Source of the DNA: Squalus acanthias
Lineage: Eukaryota
Length of the DNA stretch: 64,000 bases
Assembly: GCA_030390025.1 (NCBI GenBank)
Contig: JASTWF010000088.1
Coordinates: 1,178,001 to 1,242,000 of the forward strand
Direction of reading: 5' to 3'
The notes under the pieces were generated by a model. The model searched no databases, was not told the origin of the DNA, and saw nothing but the letters and a program-made list of their open reading frames with translations. This document shows positions 12,001-24,000 of this stretch, one piece after another (within the stretch, counting starts at the first letter, position 1; each line of letters begins with the position of its first letter). A program made the position numbers and the translations under genes.

Positions 12001-15000
12001 CCAGGGGCTCTGTGTTGTGTTGGGGTTGATTTCCAGGGGCTCTGTGTTGTGTTGTGTTGGGGTTGATTTCCAGGGGCTCTGTGTTGTGTTGTGTTGGGGT
12101 TGATTTCCAGGGGCTCTGTGTTGTGTGTTGGGGTTGATTTCCAGGGGCTCTGTGTTGTGTTGTGTTGGGGTTGATTTCCAGGGGCTCTGTGTTGTGTTGT
12201 GTTGGGGTTGATTTCCAGGGGCTCTGTGTTGTGTTGGGGTTGATTTCCAGGGGCTCTGTGTTGTGTTGTGTTGGGGTTGATTTCCAGGGGCTCTGTGTTG
12301 TGTTGGGTTGATTTCCAGGGGCTCTGTGTTGTGTTGTGTTGGGGTTGATTTCCAGGGGCTCTGGTGTTGTGTTGGGGTTGATTTCCAGGGGCTCTGTGTT
12401 GTGTTGGGGTTGATTTCCAGGGGCTCTGTGTTGTGTTGGGGTTGATTTCCAGGGGCTCTGTGTTGTGTTGTGTTGGGGTTGATTTCCAGGGGCTCTGTGT
12501 TGTGTTGTGTTGGGGTTGATTTCCAGGGGCTCTGTGTTGTGTTGGGGTTGATTTCCAGGGGCCTCTGTGTTGTGTTGGGGTTGATTTCCAGGGGCTCTGT
12601 GTTGTGTTGGGGTTGATTTCCAGGGGCTCTGTGTTGTGTTGTGTTGGGGTTGATTTCCAGGGGCTCTGTGTTGTGTTGGGGTTGATTTCCAGGGGCTCTG
12701 TGTTGTGTTGGGTGATTTCCAGGGGCTCTGTGTTGTGTTGTGGGGTTGATTTCCAGGGGCTCTGTGTTGTGTTGGGGTTGATTTCCAGGGGCTCTGTGTT
12801 GTGTTGGGGTTGATTTCCAGGGGCTCTGTGTTGTGTTGTGTGGGTTGATTTCCAGGGGCTCTGTGTGTGTTGTGTTGGGGTTGATTTCCAGGGGCTCTGT
12901 GTTGTGTTGGGGTTGATTTCCAGGGGCTCTGTGTGTGTTGTGTTGGGGTTGATTTCCAGGGGCTCTGTGTTGTGTTGGGGTTGATTTCCAGGGGCTCTGT
13001 GTTGTGTTGTGTTGGGGTTGATTCCAGGGGCTCTGTGTTGTGTTGGGGTTGATTTCCAGGGGCTCTGTGTTGTGTTGTGTTGGGGTTGATTTCCAGGGGC
13101 TCTGTGTTGTGTTGTGTTGGGTTGATTTCCAGGGGCTCTGTGTTGTGTTGGGGTTGATTTCCAGGGGCTCTGTGTTGTGTTGTGTTGGGGTTGATTTCCA
13201 GGGGCTCTGTGTTGTGTTGTGTTGGGGTTGATTTCCAGGGGCTCTGTGTGTTGTGTTGGGTTGATTTCCAGGGGCTCTGTGTTGTGTTGTGTTGGGGTTG
13301 ATTTCCAGGGGCTCTGTGTTGTGTTGTGTTGGGGTTGATTTCCAGGGGCTCTGTGTTGTGTTGGGGTTGATTTCCAGGAGCTCTGTGTTGTGTTGGGGTT
13401 GATTTCCAGGGGCTCTGTGTTGTGTTGTGGAGGGGTTGATTTCCAGGGGCTCTGTGTTGTGTTGTGTTGGGGTTGATTTCCAGGGGCTCTGTGTTGTGTT
13501 GGCGTTGATTTCCAGGGGCTCTGTGTTGTGTTGTGTTGGGGTTGATTTCCAGGGGCTCTGTGTTGTGTTGGGGTTGATTTCCAGGGGCTCTGTGTTGTGT
13601 TGTGTTGGGGTTGATTTCCAGGGGCTCTGTGTTGTGTTGTGTTGGGGTTGATTTCCAGGGGCTCTGTGTTGTGTTGTGTTGGGGTTGATTTCCAGGGGCT
13701 CTGTGTTGTGTTGGGTTGATTTCCAGGGGCTCTGTGTTGTGTTGTGTGGTTGATTTCCAGGGGCTCTGTGTTGTGTTGTGTTGGGGTTGATTTCCAGGGG
13801 CTCTGTGTTGTGTTGTGTTGGGGTTGATTTCCAGGGGCTCTGTGTTGTGTTGTGTTGGGGTTGATTTCCAGGGGCTCTGTGTTGTGTTGTGTTGGGGTTG
13901 ATTTCCAGGGGCTCTGTGTTGTTGTTGGGGTTGATTTCCAGGGGCTCTGTGTGTTGTGTTGGGGTTGATTTCCAGGGGCTCTGTGTTGTGTTGTGTTGGG
14001 GTTGATTTCCAGGGGCTCTGTGTTGTGTTGGGGTTGATTTCCAGGGGCTCTGTGTTGTGTTGTGTTGGGGTTGATTTCCAGGGGCTCTGTGTTGTGTTGG
14101 GTTGATTTCCAGGGGCTCTGTGTTGTGTTGGGGTTGATTTCCAGGGGCTCTGTGTTGTGTTGTGTGGGGTTGATTTCCAGGGGCTCTGTGTTGTGTTGTG
14201 TTGGGGTTGATTTCCAGGGGCTCTGTGTTGTGTTGGGGTTGATTTCCAGGGGCTCTGTGTTGTGTTGGGGTTGATTTCCAGGGGCTCTGTGTTGTGTTGT
14301 GTTGGGGTTGATTTCCAGGGGCTCTGTGTTGTGTTGTGTTGGGGTTGATTTCCAGGGGCTCTGTGTTGTGTTGTGTTGGGGTTGATTTCCAGGGGCTCTG
14401 TGTTGTGTTGTGTGGGTTGATTTCCAGGGGCTCTGTGTGTGTTGTGTTGGGGGTTGATTTCCAGGGGCTCTGTGTTGTGTTGTGTTGGGTTGATTTCCAG
14501 GGGCTCTGTGTGTTGTGTTGGGGTTGATTTCCAGGGGCTCTGTGTTGTGTTGTGTTGGGGTTGATTTCCAGGGGCTCTGTGTTGTGTTGGGGTTGATTTC
14601 CAGGGGCTCTGTGTTGTGTTGTGTTGGGGTTGATTTCCAGGGGCTCTGTGTGTGTGTGTTGGGGTTGATTTCCAGGGGCTCTGTGTTGTGTTGTGTGGGG
14701 TTGATTTCCAGGGCTCTGTGTTGTGTTGTGTTGGGGTTGATTTCCAGGGGCTCTGTGTTGTGTTGGGGTTATTTCCAGGGGCTCTGTGTTGTGTTGTGTT
14801 GGGGTTGATTTCCAGGGGCTCTGTGTTGTGTTGGGGTTGATTTCCAGGGGCTCTGTGTTGTGTTGGGGTTGATTTCCAGGGGCTCTGTGTTGTGTTGTGT
14901 TGGGGTTATTTCCAGGGGCTCTGTGTTGTGTTGTGTTGGGGTTGATTTCCAGGGGCTCTGTGTTGTGTTGGGGTTGATTTCCAGGGCTCTGTGTTGTGTT

Positions 15001-18000
15001 GTGTGGGGTTGATTTCCAGGGGCTCTGTGTTGTGTTGGGGTTGATTTCCAGGGGCTCTGTGTTGTGTTGTGTTGGGGTTGATTTCCAGGGGCTCTGTGTT
15101 GTGTTGGGCTTGATTTCCAGGGGCTCTGTGTTGTGTTGGGGTTGATTTCCAGGGGCTCTGTGTTGTGTTGTGTTGGGTTGATTTCCAGGGGCTCTGTGTT
15201 GTGTTGGGGTTGATTTCCAGGGGCTCTGTGTTGTGTTGGTGGGTTGATTTCCAGGGGCTCTGTGTTGTGTTGTGTTGGGGTGATTTCCAGGGGCTCTGTG
15301 TTGTGTTGGGGTTGATTTCCAGGGGCTCTGTGTTGTGTTGTGTTGGGGTTGATTTCCAGGGGCTCTGTGTTGTGTTGTGTTGGGGTTGATTTCCAGGGGC
15401 TCTGTGTTGTGTGTGTGGGTTGATTTCCAGGGGCTCTGTGTTGTGTTGTGTTGGGGTTGATTTCCAGGGGCTCTGTGTTGTGTTGGGGTTGATTTCCAGG
15501 GGCTCTGTGTTGTGTTGGGGTTGATTTCCAGGGGCTCTGTGTTGTGTTGTGTTGGGGTTGATTTCCAGGGGCTCTGTGTTGTGTTGGGGTTGATTTCCAG
15601 GGGCTCTGTGTTGTGTTGTGTTGGGGTTGATTTCCAGGGGCTCTGTGTTGTGTTGTGTTGGGGTTGATTTCCAGGGGCTCTGTGTTGTGTTGGGGTTGAT
15701 TTCCAGGGGCTCTGTGTTGTGTTGTGTTGGGGTTGATTTCCAGGGGCTCTGTGTGTGTTGTGTTGGGGTTGATTTCCAGGGGCTCTGTGTTGTGTTGGGG
15801 TTGATTTCCAGGGGCTCTGTGTTGTGTTGGGGTTGATTTCCAGGGGCTCTGTGTTGTGTTGTGTTGGGGTTGATTTCCAGGGGCTCTGTGTTGTGTTGTG
15901 TTGGGGTTGATTTCCAGGGGCTCTGTGTTGTGTTGGGGTTGATTTCCAGGGGCTCTGTGTTGTGTTGTGTTGGGGTTGATTTCCAGGGGCTCTGTGTTGT
16001 GTTGGGGTTGATTTCCAGGGGCTCTGTGTTGTGTTGTGTTGGGGTTGATTTCCAGGGGCTCTGTGTTGTTGTGTTGGGTTGATTTCCAGGGGCTCTGTGT
16101 TGTGTTGGGGTTGATTTCCAGGGGCCTCTGTGTTGTGTTGGGGTTGATTTCCAGGGGCTCTGTTGTGTTGGGGTTGATTTCCAGGGGCTCTGTGTTGTGT
16201 TGTGTTGGGGTTGATTTCCAGGGGCTCTGTGTTGTGTGTTGGGGTTGATTTCCAGGGGCTCTGTGTTGTGTTGGGGTTGATTTCCAGGGGCTCTGTGTTG
16301 TGTTGTGTTGGGGTTGATTTCCAGGGGCTCTGTGTTGTGTGTTGGGGTTGATTTCCAGGGGCTCTGTGTTGTGTTGTGTTGGGGTTGATTTCCAGGGGCT
16401 CTGTGTTGTGTTGTGTTGGGGTTGATTTCCAGGGGCTCTGTGTTGTGTTGGGGTTGATTTCCAGGGGCTCTGTGTTGTGTTGTGTTGGGGTTGATTTCCA
16501 GGGGCTCTGTGTTGTGTTGTGTTGGGGTTGATTTCCAGGGGCTCTGTGTTGTGTTGGGGTTGATTTCCAGGGGCTCTGTGTTGGTTGTGTTGGGGTTGAT
16601 TTCCAGGGGCTCTGTGTTGTGTTGGGGTGATTTCCAGGGCTCTGTGTTGTGTTGTGTGGGGTTGATTTCCAGGGGCTCTGTGTTGTGTTGGGGTTGATTT
16701 CCAGGGGCTCTGTGTTGTGTTGGGGTTGATTTCCAGGGGCTCTGTGTTGTGTTGTGTTGGGGTTGATTTCCAGGGGCTCTGTGTTGTGTTGTGTTGGGGT
16801 TGATTTCCAGGGGCTCTGTGTTGTGTGTTGGGTTGATTTCCAGGGGCTCTGTGTTGTGTTGTGTTGGGGTTGATTTCCAGGGGCTCTGTGTTGTGTTGTG
16901 TTGGGGTTGATTTCCAGGGGCTCTGTGTTGTGTTGGGGTTGATTTCCAGGGCTCTGTGTTGTGTTGGGGTTGATTTCCAGGGGCTCTGTGTTGTGTTGTG
17001 TTGGGTTGATTTCCAGGGGCTCTGTGTTGTGTTGTGTTGGGGTTGATTTCCAGGGGCTCTGTGTTGTGTTGCAGGTTGATTTCCAGGGGCTCTGTGTTGT
17101 GTTGTGTTGGGGTTGATTTCCAGGGCTCTGTGTTGTGTTGGGGTTGATTTCCAGGGGCTCTGTGTTGTGTTGTGTTGGGGTTGATTTCCAGGGGCTCTGT
17201 GTTGTGTTGTGTTGGGGTTGATTTCCAGGGGCTCTGTGTTGTGTTGGGGTTGATTTCCAGGGGCTCTGTGTTGTGTTGGGGTTGATTTCCAGGGGCTCTG
17301 TGTTGTGTTGGGTTGATTTCCAGGGCTCTGTGTTGTGTTGTGTTGGGTTGATTTCCAGGGGCTCTGTGTTGTGTTGTGTTGGGGTTGATTTCCAGGGGCT
17401 CTGTGTTGTGTTGTGTTGGGGTTGATTTCCAGGGGCTCTGTGTTGTGTTGTTGGGGTTGATTTCCAGGGGCTCTGTGTGTTGTGTTGGGGTTGATTTCCA
17501 GGGGCTCTGTGTTGTGTTGTGTTGGGGTTGATTTCCAGGGGCTCTGTGTTGTGTTGTGTTGGGTTGATTTCCAGGGGCTCTGTGTTGTGTTGTGTTGGGG
17601 TTGATTTCCAGGGGCTCTGTGTTGTGTTGTGTTGGGGTTGATTTCCAGGGCTCTGTGTGTGTTGTGTTGGGGTGATTTCCAGGGGCTCTGTGTTGTGTTG
17701 TGTTGGGGTTGATTTCCAGGGGCTCTGTGTTGTGTTGGGGTTGATTTCCAGGGCTCTGTGTTGTTTGTGTTGGGGTTGATTTCCAGGGGCTCTGTGTTGT
17801 GTTGGGGTTGATTTCCAGGGGCTCTGTGTTGTGTTGGGGTTGATTTCCAGGGCTCTGTGTTGTGTTGTGGGTTGATTTCCAGGGGCTCTGTGTTGTGTTG
17901 GGGTTGATTTCCAGGGGCTCTGTGTTGTGTTGTGTTGGGGTTGATTTCCAGGGGCTCTGTGTTGTGTTGGGGTTGATTTCCAGGGGCTCTGTGTTGTGTT

Positions 18001-21000
18001 GGGGTTGATTTCCAGGGGCTCTGTGTGTGTTGTGTTGGGTGTTGATTTCCAGGGGCTCTGTGTTGTGTTGTGTTGGGGTTGATTTCCAGGGGCTCTGTGT
18101 TGTGTTGTGTTGGGGTTGATTTCCAGGGGCTCTGTGTGGTTGTGTTGGGGTTGATTTCCAGGGGCTCTGTGTTGTGTTGGTTGGGGTTGATTTCCAGGGG
18201 CTCTGTGTTGTGTTGGGGTTGATTTCCAGGGGCTCTGTGTTGTGTTGGGTTGATTTCCAGGGCTCTGTGTTGTGTTGTGTTGGGTTGATTTCCAGGGGCT
18301 CTGTGTTTGTGTTGGGGTTGATTTCCAGGGGCTCTGTGTTGTGTTGTGTTGGGTTGATTTCCAGGGGCTCTGTGTTGTGTTGGGGTTGATTTCCAGGGGC
18401 TCTGTGTTGTGTTGGGGTTGATTTCCAGGGGCTCTGTGTTGTGTTGGGGTTGATTTCCAGGGGCTCTGTGTTGTGTTGTGTTGGGGTTGATTTCCAGGGG
18501 CTCTGTGTTGTGTTGGGGTTGATTTCCAGGGGCTCTGTGTTGTGTTGTGTCGGGGTTGATTTCCAGGGGCTCTGTGTTGTGTTGTGTTGGGGTTGATTTC
18601 CAGGGGCTCTGTGTTGTGTTGGGGTTGATTTCCAGGGGCTCTGTGTTGTGTTGTGTTGGGGTTGATTTCCAGGGGCTCTGTGTTGTGTTGGGGTTGATTT
18701 CCAGGGGCTCTGTGTTGTGTTGTGTTGGGGTTGATTTCCAGGGGCTCTGTGTTGTGTCGGTGTTGATTTCCAGGGGCTCTGTGTTGTGTTGGGTTGATTT
18801 CCAGGGGCTCTGTGTTGTGTTGTGTTGGGGTTGATTTCCAGGGGCTCTGTGTTGTGTTGGGGTTGATTTCCAGGGGCTCTGTGTTGTGTTGTGTTGGGGT
18901 TGATTTCCAGGGGCTCTGTGTTGTGTTGGGGTTGATTTCCAGGGGCTCTGTGTTGTTGTGTTGGGGTTGATTTCCAGGGGCTCTGTGTTGTGTTGTGTTG
19001 GGGTTGATTTCCAGGGGCTCTGTGTTGTGTTGGGGTTGATTTCCAGGGGCTCTGTGTTGTGTTGTGTTGGGGTTGATTTCCAGGGGCTCTGTGTTGTGTT
19101 GTGTTGGGGTTGATTTCCAGGGGCTCTGTGTTGTGTTGTGTTGGGGTTGATTTCCAGGGGCTCTGTGTTGTGTTGTGTTGGGGTTGATTTCCAGGGGCTC
19201 TGTGTTGTGTTGGGGTTGATTTCCAGGGGCTCTGTGTTGTGTTGTGTTGGGGTTGATTTCCAGGGGCTCTGTGTTGTGTTGTGTTGGGGTTGATTTCCAG
19301 GGGCTCTGTGTTGTGTTGGGGTTGATTTCCAGGGGCTCTGTGTTGTGTTGTGTGGGTTGATTTCCAGGGGCTCTGTGTTGTGTTGGGGTTGATTTCCAGG
19401 GGCTCTGTGTTGTGTTGGGGTTGATTTCCAGGGGCTCTGTGTTGTGTTGTGTTGGGGTTGATTTCCAGGGGCTCTGTGTTGTGTTGTGTTGGGGTTGATT
19501 TCCAGGGGCTCTGTGTTGTGTTGTGTTGGGGTTGATTTCCAGGGGCTCTGTGTTGGTTGTGTTGGGGTTGATTTCCAGGGGCTCTGTGTTGTGTGTTGGG
19601 GTTGATTTCCAGGGGCTCTGTGTTGTGTTGGGTTGATTTCCAGGGCTCTGTGTTGTGTTGGGGTTGATTTCCAGGGGCTCTGTGTTGTGTTGTGTGGGTT
19701 GATTTCCAGGGGCTCTGTGTTGTGTTGTGTTGGGGTTGATTTCCAGGGGCTCTGTGTTGTGTTGTGTTGGGGTTGATTTCCAGGGCTCTGTGTTGTGTTG
19801 TGTTGGGGTTGATTTCCAGGGGCTCTGTGTTGTGTTGGGGTTGATTTCCAGGGGCTCTGTGTTGTGTTGTGTTGGGGTTGATTTCCAGGGGCTCTGTGTT
19901 GTGTTGTGTTGGGGTTGATTTCCAGGGGCTCTGTGTTGTGTTGTGTTGGGTTGATTTCCAGGGGCTCTGTGTTGTGTTGGGGTTGATTTCCAGGGGCTCT
20001 GTGTTGTGTTTGGGGTTGATTTCCAGGGGCTCTGTGTTGTGTTGGGGTTGATTTCCAGGGGCTCTGTGTTGTGTTGTGTTGGGGTTGATTTCCAGGGGCT
20101 CTGTGTTGTGTTGGGGTTGATTTCCAGGGGCTCTGTGTTGTTGTGTTGGGGTTGATTTCCAGGGGCTCTGTGTTGTGTTGTGTTGGGGTTGATTTCCAGG
20201 GGCTCTGTGTTGTGTTGGGGTTGATTTCCAGGGGCTCTGTGTTGTGTTGTGTTGGGGTTGATTTCCAGGGGCTCTGTGTTGTGTTGGGGTTGATTTCCAG
20301 GGGCTCTGTGTTGTGTTGTGTTGGGGTTGATTTCCAGGGGCTCTGTGTTGTGTTGGTGGGTTGATTTCCAGGGGCTCTGTGTTGTGTTGTGTTGGGTTGA
20401 TTTCCAGGGGCTCTGTGTTGTGTTGTGTTGGGGTTGATTTCCAGGGGCTCTGTGTTGTGTTGGGGTTGATTTCCAGGGGCTCTGTGTTGTGTTGTGTTGG
20501 GGTTGATTTCCAGGGGCTCTGTGTTGTGTTGGGGTTGATTTCCAGGGGCTCTGTGTTGTGTTGTGTTGGGGTTGATTTCCAGGGGCTCTGTGTTGTGTTG
20601 TGTTGGGGTTGATTTCCAGGGGCTCTGTGTTGTGTTGGGGTTGATTTCCAGGGGCTCTGTGTTGTGTTGGGGTTGATTTCCAGGGGCTCTGTGTTGTGTT
20701 GGGGGTTGATTTCCAGGGGCTCTGTGTTGTGTTGTGTTGGGGTTGATTTCCAGGGGCTCTGTGTTGTGTTGTGGGGTTGATTTCCAGGGGCTCTGTGTTG
20801 TGTTGGGGTTGATTTCCAGGGGCTCTGTGTTGTGTTGTGTTGGGGTTGATTTCCAGGGGCTCTGTGTTGTGTTGGGGTTGATTTCCAGGGGCTCTGTGTT
20901 GTGTTGTGTTGGGGTTGATTTCCAGGGGCTCTGTGTTGTGTTGTGTTGGGGTTGATTTCCAGGGGCTCTGTGTTGTGTTGTGTTGGGGTTGATTTCCAGG

Positions 21001-24000
21001 GGCTCTGTGTTGTGTTGTGTTGGGGTTGATTTCCAGGGGCTCTGTGTTGTGTTGTGTTGGGGTTGATTTCCAGGGGCTCTGTGTTGTGTTGTGTTGGGGT
21101 TGATTTCCAGGGGCTCTGTGTTGTGTTGGGGTTGATTTCCAGGGGCTCTGTGTTGTGTTGGGGTTGATTTCCAGGGGCTCTGTGTTGTGTTGGGGTTGAT
21201 TTCCAGGGGCTCTGTGTTGTGTTGTGTTGGGGTTGATTTCCAGGGGCTCTGTGTTGTGTTGGGGTTGATTTCCAGGGCTCTGTGTTGTGTTGGGGTTGAT
21301 TTCCAGGGGCTCTGTGTTGTGTTGTGTTGGGGTTGATTTCCAGGGGCTCTGTGTTGTGTTGGGGTTGATTTCCAGGGGCTCTGTGTTGTGTTGTGTTGGG
21401 GTTGATTTCCAGGGGCTCTGTGTTGTGTTGTGTTGGGGTTGATTTCCAGGGGCTCTGTGTTGTGTTGTGTTGGGGTTGATTTCCAGGGGCTCTGTGTTGT
21501 GTTGTGTTGGGGTTGATTTCCAGGGGCTCTGTGTTGTGTTGTGTTGGGGTTGATTTCCAGGGGCTCTGTGTTGTGTTGGGTTGATTTCCAGGGGCTCTGT
21601 GTTGTGTTGTGTTGGGGTTGATTTCCAGGGGCTCTGTGTTGTGTTGGGGTTGATTTCCAGGGGCTCTGTGTTGTGTTGTGTTGGGGTTGATTTCCAGGGG
21701 CTCTGTGTTGTGTTGTGTTGGGTTTATTTCCAGGGGCTCTGTGTTGTGTTGGGGTTGATTTCCAGGGGCTCTGTGTTGTGTTGTGTTGGGGTTGATTTCC
21801 AGGGGCTCTGTGTTGTGTTGTGTTGGGTTTATTTCCAGGGGCTCTGTGTTGTGTTGGGGTTGATTTCCAGGGGCTCTGTGTTGTGTTGTGTTGGGTTGAT
21901 TTCCAGGGCTCTGTGTTGTGTTGTGTTGGGGTTGATTTCCAGGGGCTCTGTGTTGTGTTGTGTTGGGTTGATTTCCAGGGGCTCTGTGTTGTGTTGGGGT
22001 TGATTTCCAGGGGCTCTGTGTTGTGTTGTGTTGGGGTTGATTTCCAGGGCTCTGTGTTGTGTTGGGGTTGATTTCCAGGGGCTCTGTGTTGTGTTGTGTG
22101 GGGTTGATTTCCAGGGGCTCTGTGTTGTGTTGTGTTGGGGTTGATTTCCAGGGGCTCTGTGTTGTGTTGGGGTTGATTTCCAGGGCTCTGTGTTGTGTTG
22201 GGGTTGATTTCCAGGGGCTCTGTGTTGTGTTGTGTTGGGGTTGATTTCCAGGGGCTCTGTGTTGTGTTGTGTTGGGGTTGATTTCCAGGGGCTCTGTGTT
22301 GTGTGTGTGGGGTTGATTTCCAGGGGCTCTGTGTTGTGTTGGGGTTGATTTCCAGGGCTCTGTGTTGTGTTGGGGTTGATTTCCAGGGGCTCTGTGTTGT
22401 GTTGTGTTGGGTTGATTTCCAGGGGCTCTGTGTTGTGTTGTGTTGGGGTTGATTTCCAGGGGCTCTGTGTTGTGTTGTTGGGTTGATTTCCAGGGGCTCT
22501 GTGTTGTGTTGTGTTGGGGTTGATTTCCAGGGGCTCTGTGTTGTGTTGGGGTTGATTTCCAGGGGCTCTGTGTTGTGTTGTGTTGGGTTGATTTCCAGGG
22601 GCTCTGTGTTGTGTTGTGTTGGGGTTGATTTCCAGGGGCTCTGTGTTGTGTTGGGGTTGATTTCCAGGGGCTCTGTGTTGTGTGTTGGGGTTGATTTCCA
22701 GGGGCTCTGTGTTGTGTTGGGGTTGATTTCCAGGGGCTCTGTGTTGTGTTGTGTTGGGGTTGATTTCCAGGGGCTCTGTGTTGTGTTGTGTTGGGGTTGA
22801 TTTCCAGGGGCTCTGTGTTGTGTTGTGTTGGGGTTGATTTCCAGGGGCTCTGTGTTGTGTTGTGTTGGGGTTGATTTCCAGGGGCTCTGTGTTGTGTTGT
22901 GTTGGGTTGATTTCCAGGGGCTCTGTGTTGTGTTGTGTTGGGGTTGATTTCCAGGGGCTCTGTGTTGTGTTGTGTTGGGGTTGATTTCCAGGGGCTCTGT
23001 GTTGTGTTGTGTTGGGGTTGATTTCCAGGGGCTCTGTGTTGTGTTGTGTTGGGGTTGATTTCCAGGGGCTCTGTGTTGTGTTGTGTTGGGGTTGATTTCC
23101 AGGGGCTCTGTGTTGTGTTGTGTTGGGGTTGATTTCCAGGGGCTCTGTGTTGTGTTGGGGTTGATTTCCAGGGGCTCTGTGTTGTGTTGTGTTGGGGTTG
23201 ATTTCCAGGGGCTCTGTGTTGTGTTGGGGTTGATTTCCAGGGGCTCTGTGTTGTGTTGTGTTGGGGTTGATTTCCAGGGGCTCTGTGTTGTGTTGTGTTG
23301 GGGTTGATTTCCAGGGGCTCTGTGTTGTGTTGTGTTGGGGTTGATTTCCAGGGGCTCTGTGTTGTGTTGTGTTGGGGTTGATTTCCAGGGGCTCTGTGTT
23401 GTGTTGGGGTTGATTTCCAGGGGCTCTGTGTTGTGTTGGGGTTGATTTCCAGGGGCTCTGTGTTGTGTTGTGTTGGGGTTGATTTCCAGGGGCTCTGTGT
23501 TGTGTTGTGTTGGGTTGATTTCCAGGGGCTCTGTGTTGTGTTGTGTTGGGTTGATTTCCAGGGGCTCTGTGTTGTGTTGGGGTTGATTTCCAGGGGCTCT
23601 GTGTTGTGTTGTGTTGGGTTGATTTCCAGGGGCTCTGTGTTGTGTTGTGTTGGGGTTGATTTCCAGGGGCTCTGTGTTGTGTTGGGGTTGATTTCCAGGG
23701 GCTCTGTGTTGTGTTGTGTTGGGGTTGATTTCCAGGGGCTCTGTGTTGTGTTGTGTTGGGGTTGATTTCCAGGGGCTCTGTGTTGTGTTGTGTTGGGGTT
23801 GATTTCCAGGGGCTCTGTGTTGTGTTGGGGTTGATTTCCAGGGGCTCTGTGTGTGTGTTGGGGTTGATTTCCAGGGGCTCTGTGTTGTGTTGGGGTTGAT
23901 TTCCAGGGGCTCTGTGTTGTGTTGTGTTGGGGTTGATTTCCAGGGGCTCTGTGTTGTGTTGGGGTTGATTTCCAGGGGCTCTGTGTTGTGTTGTGTTGGG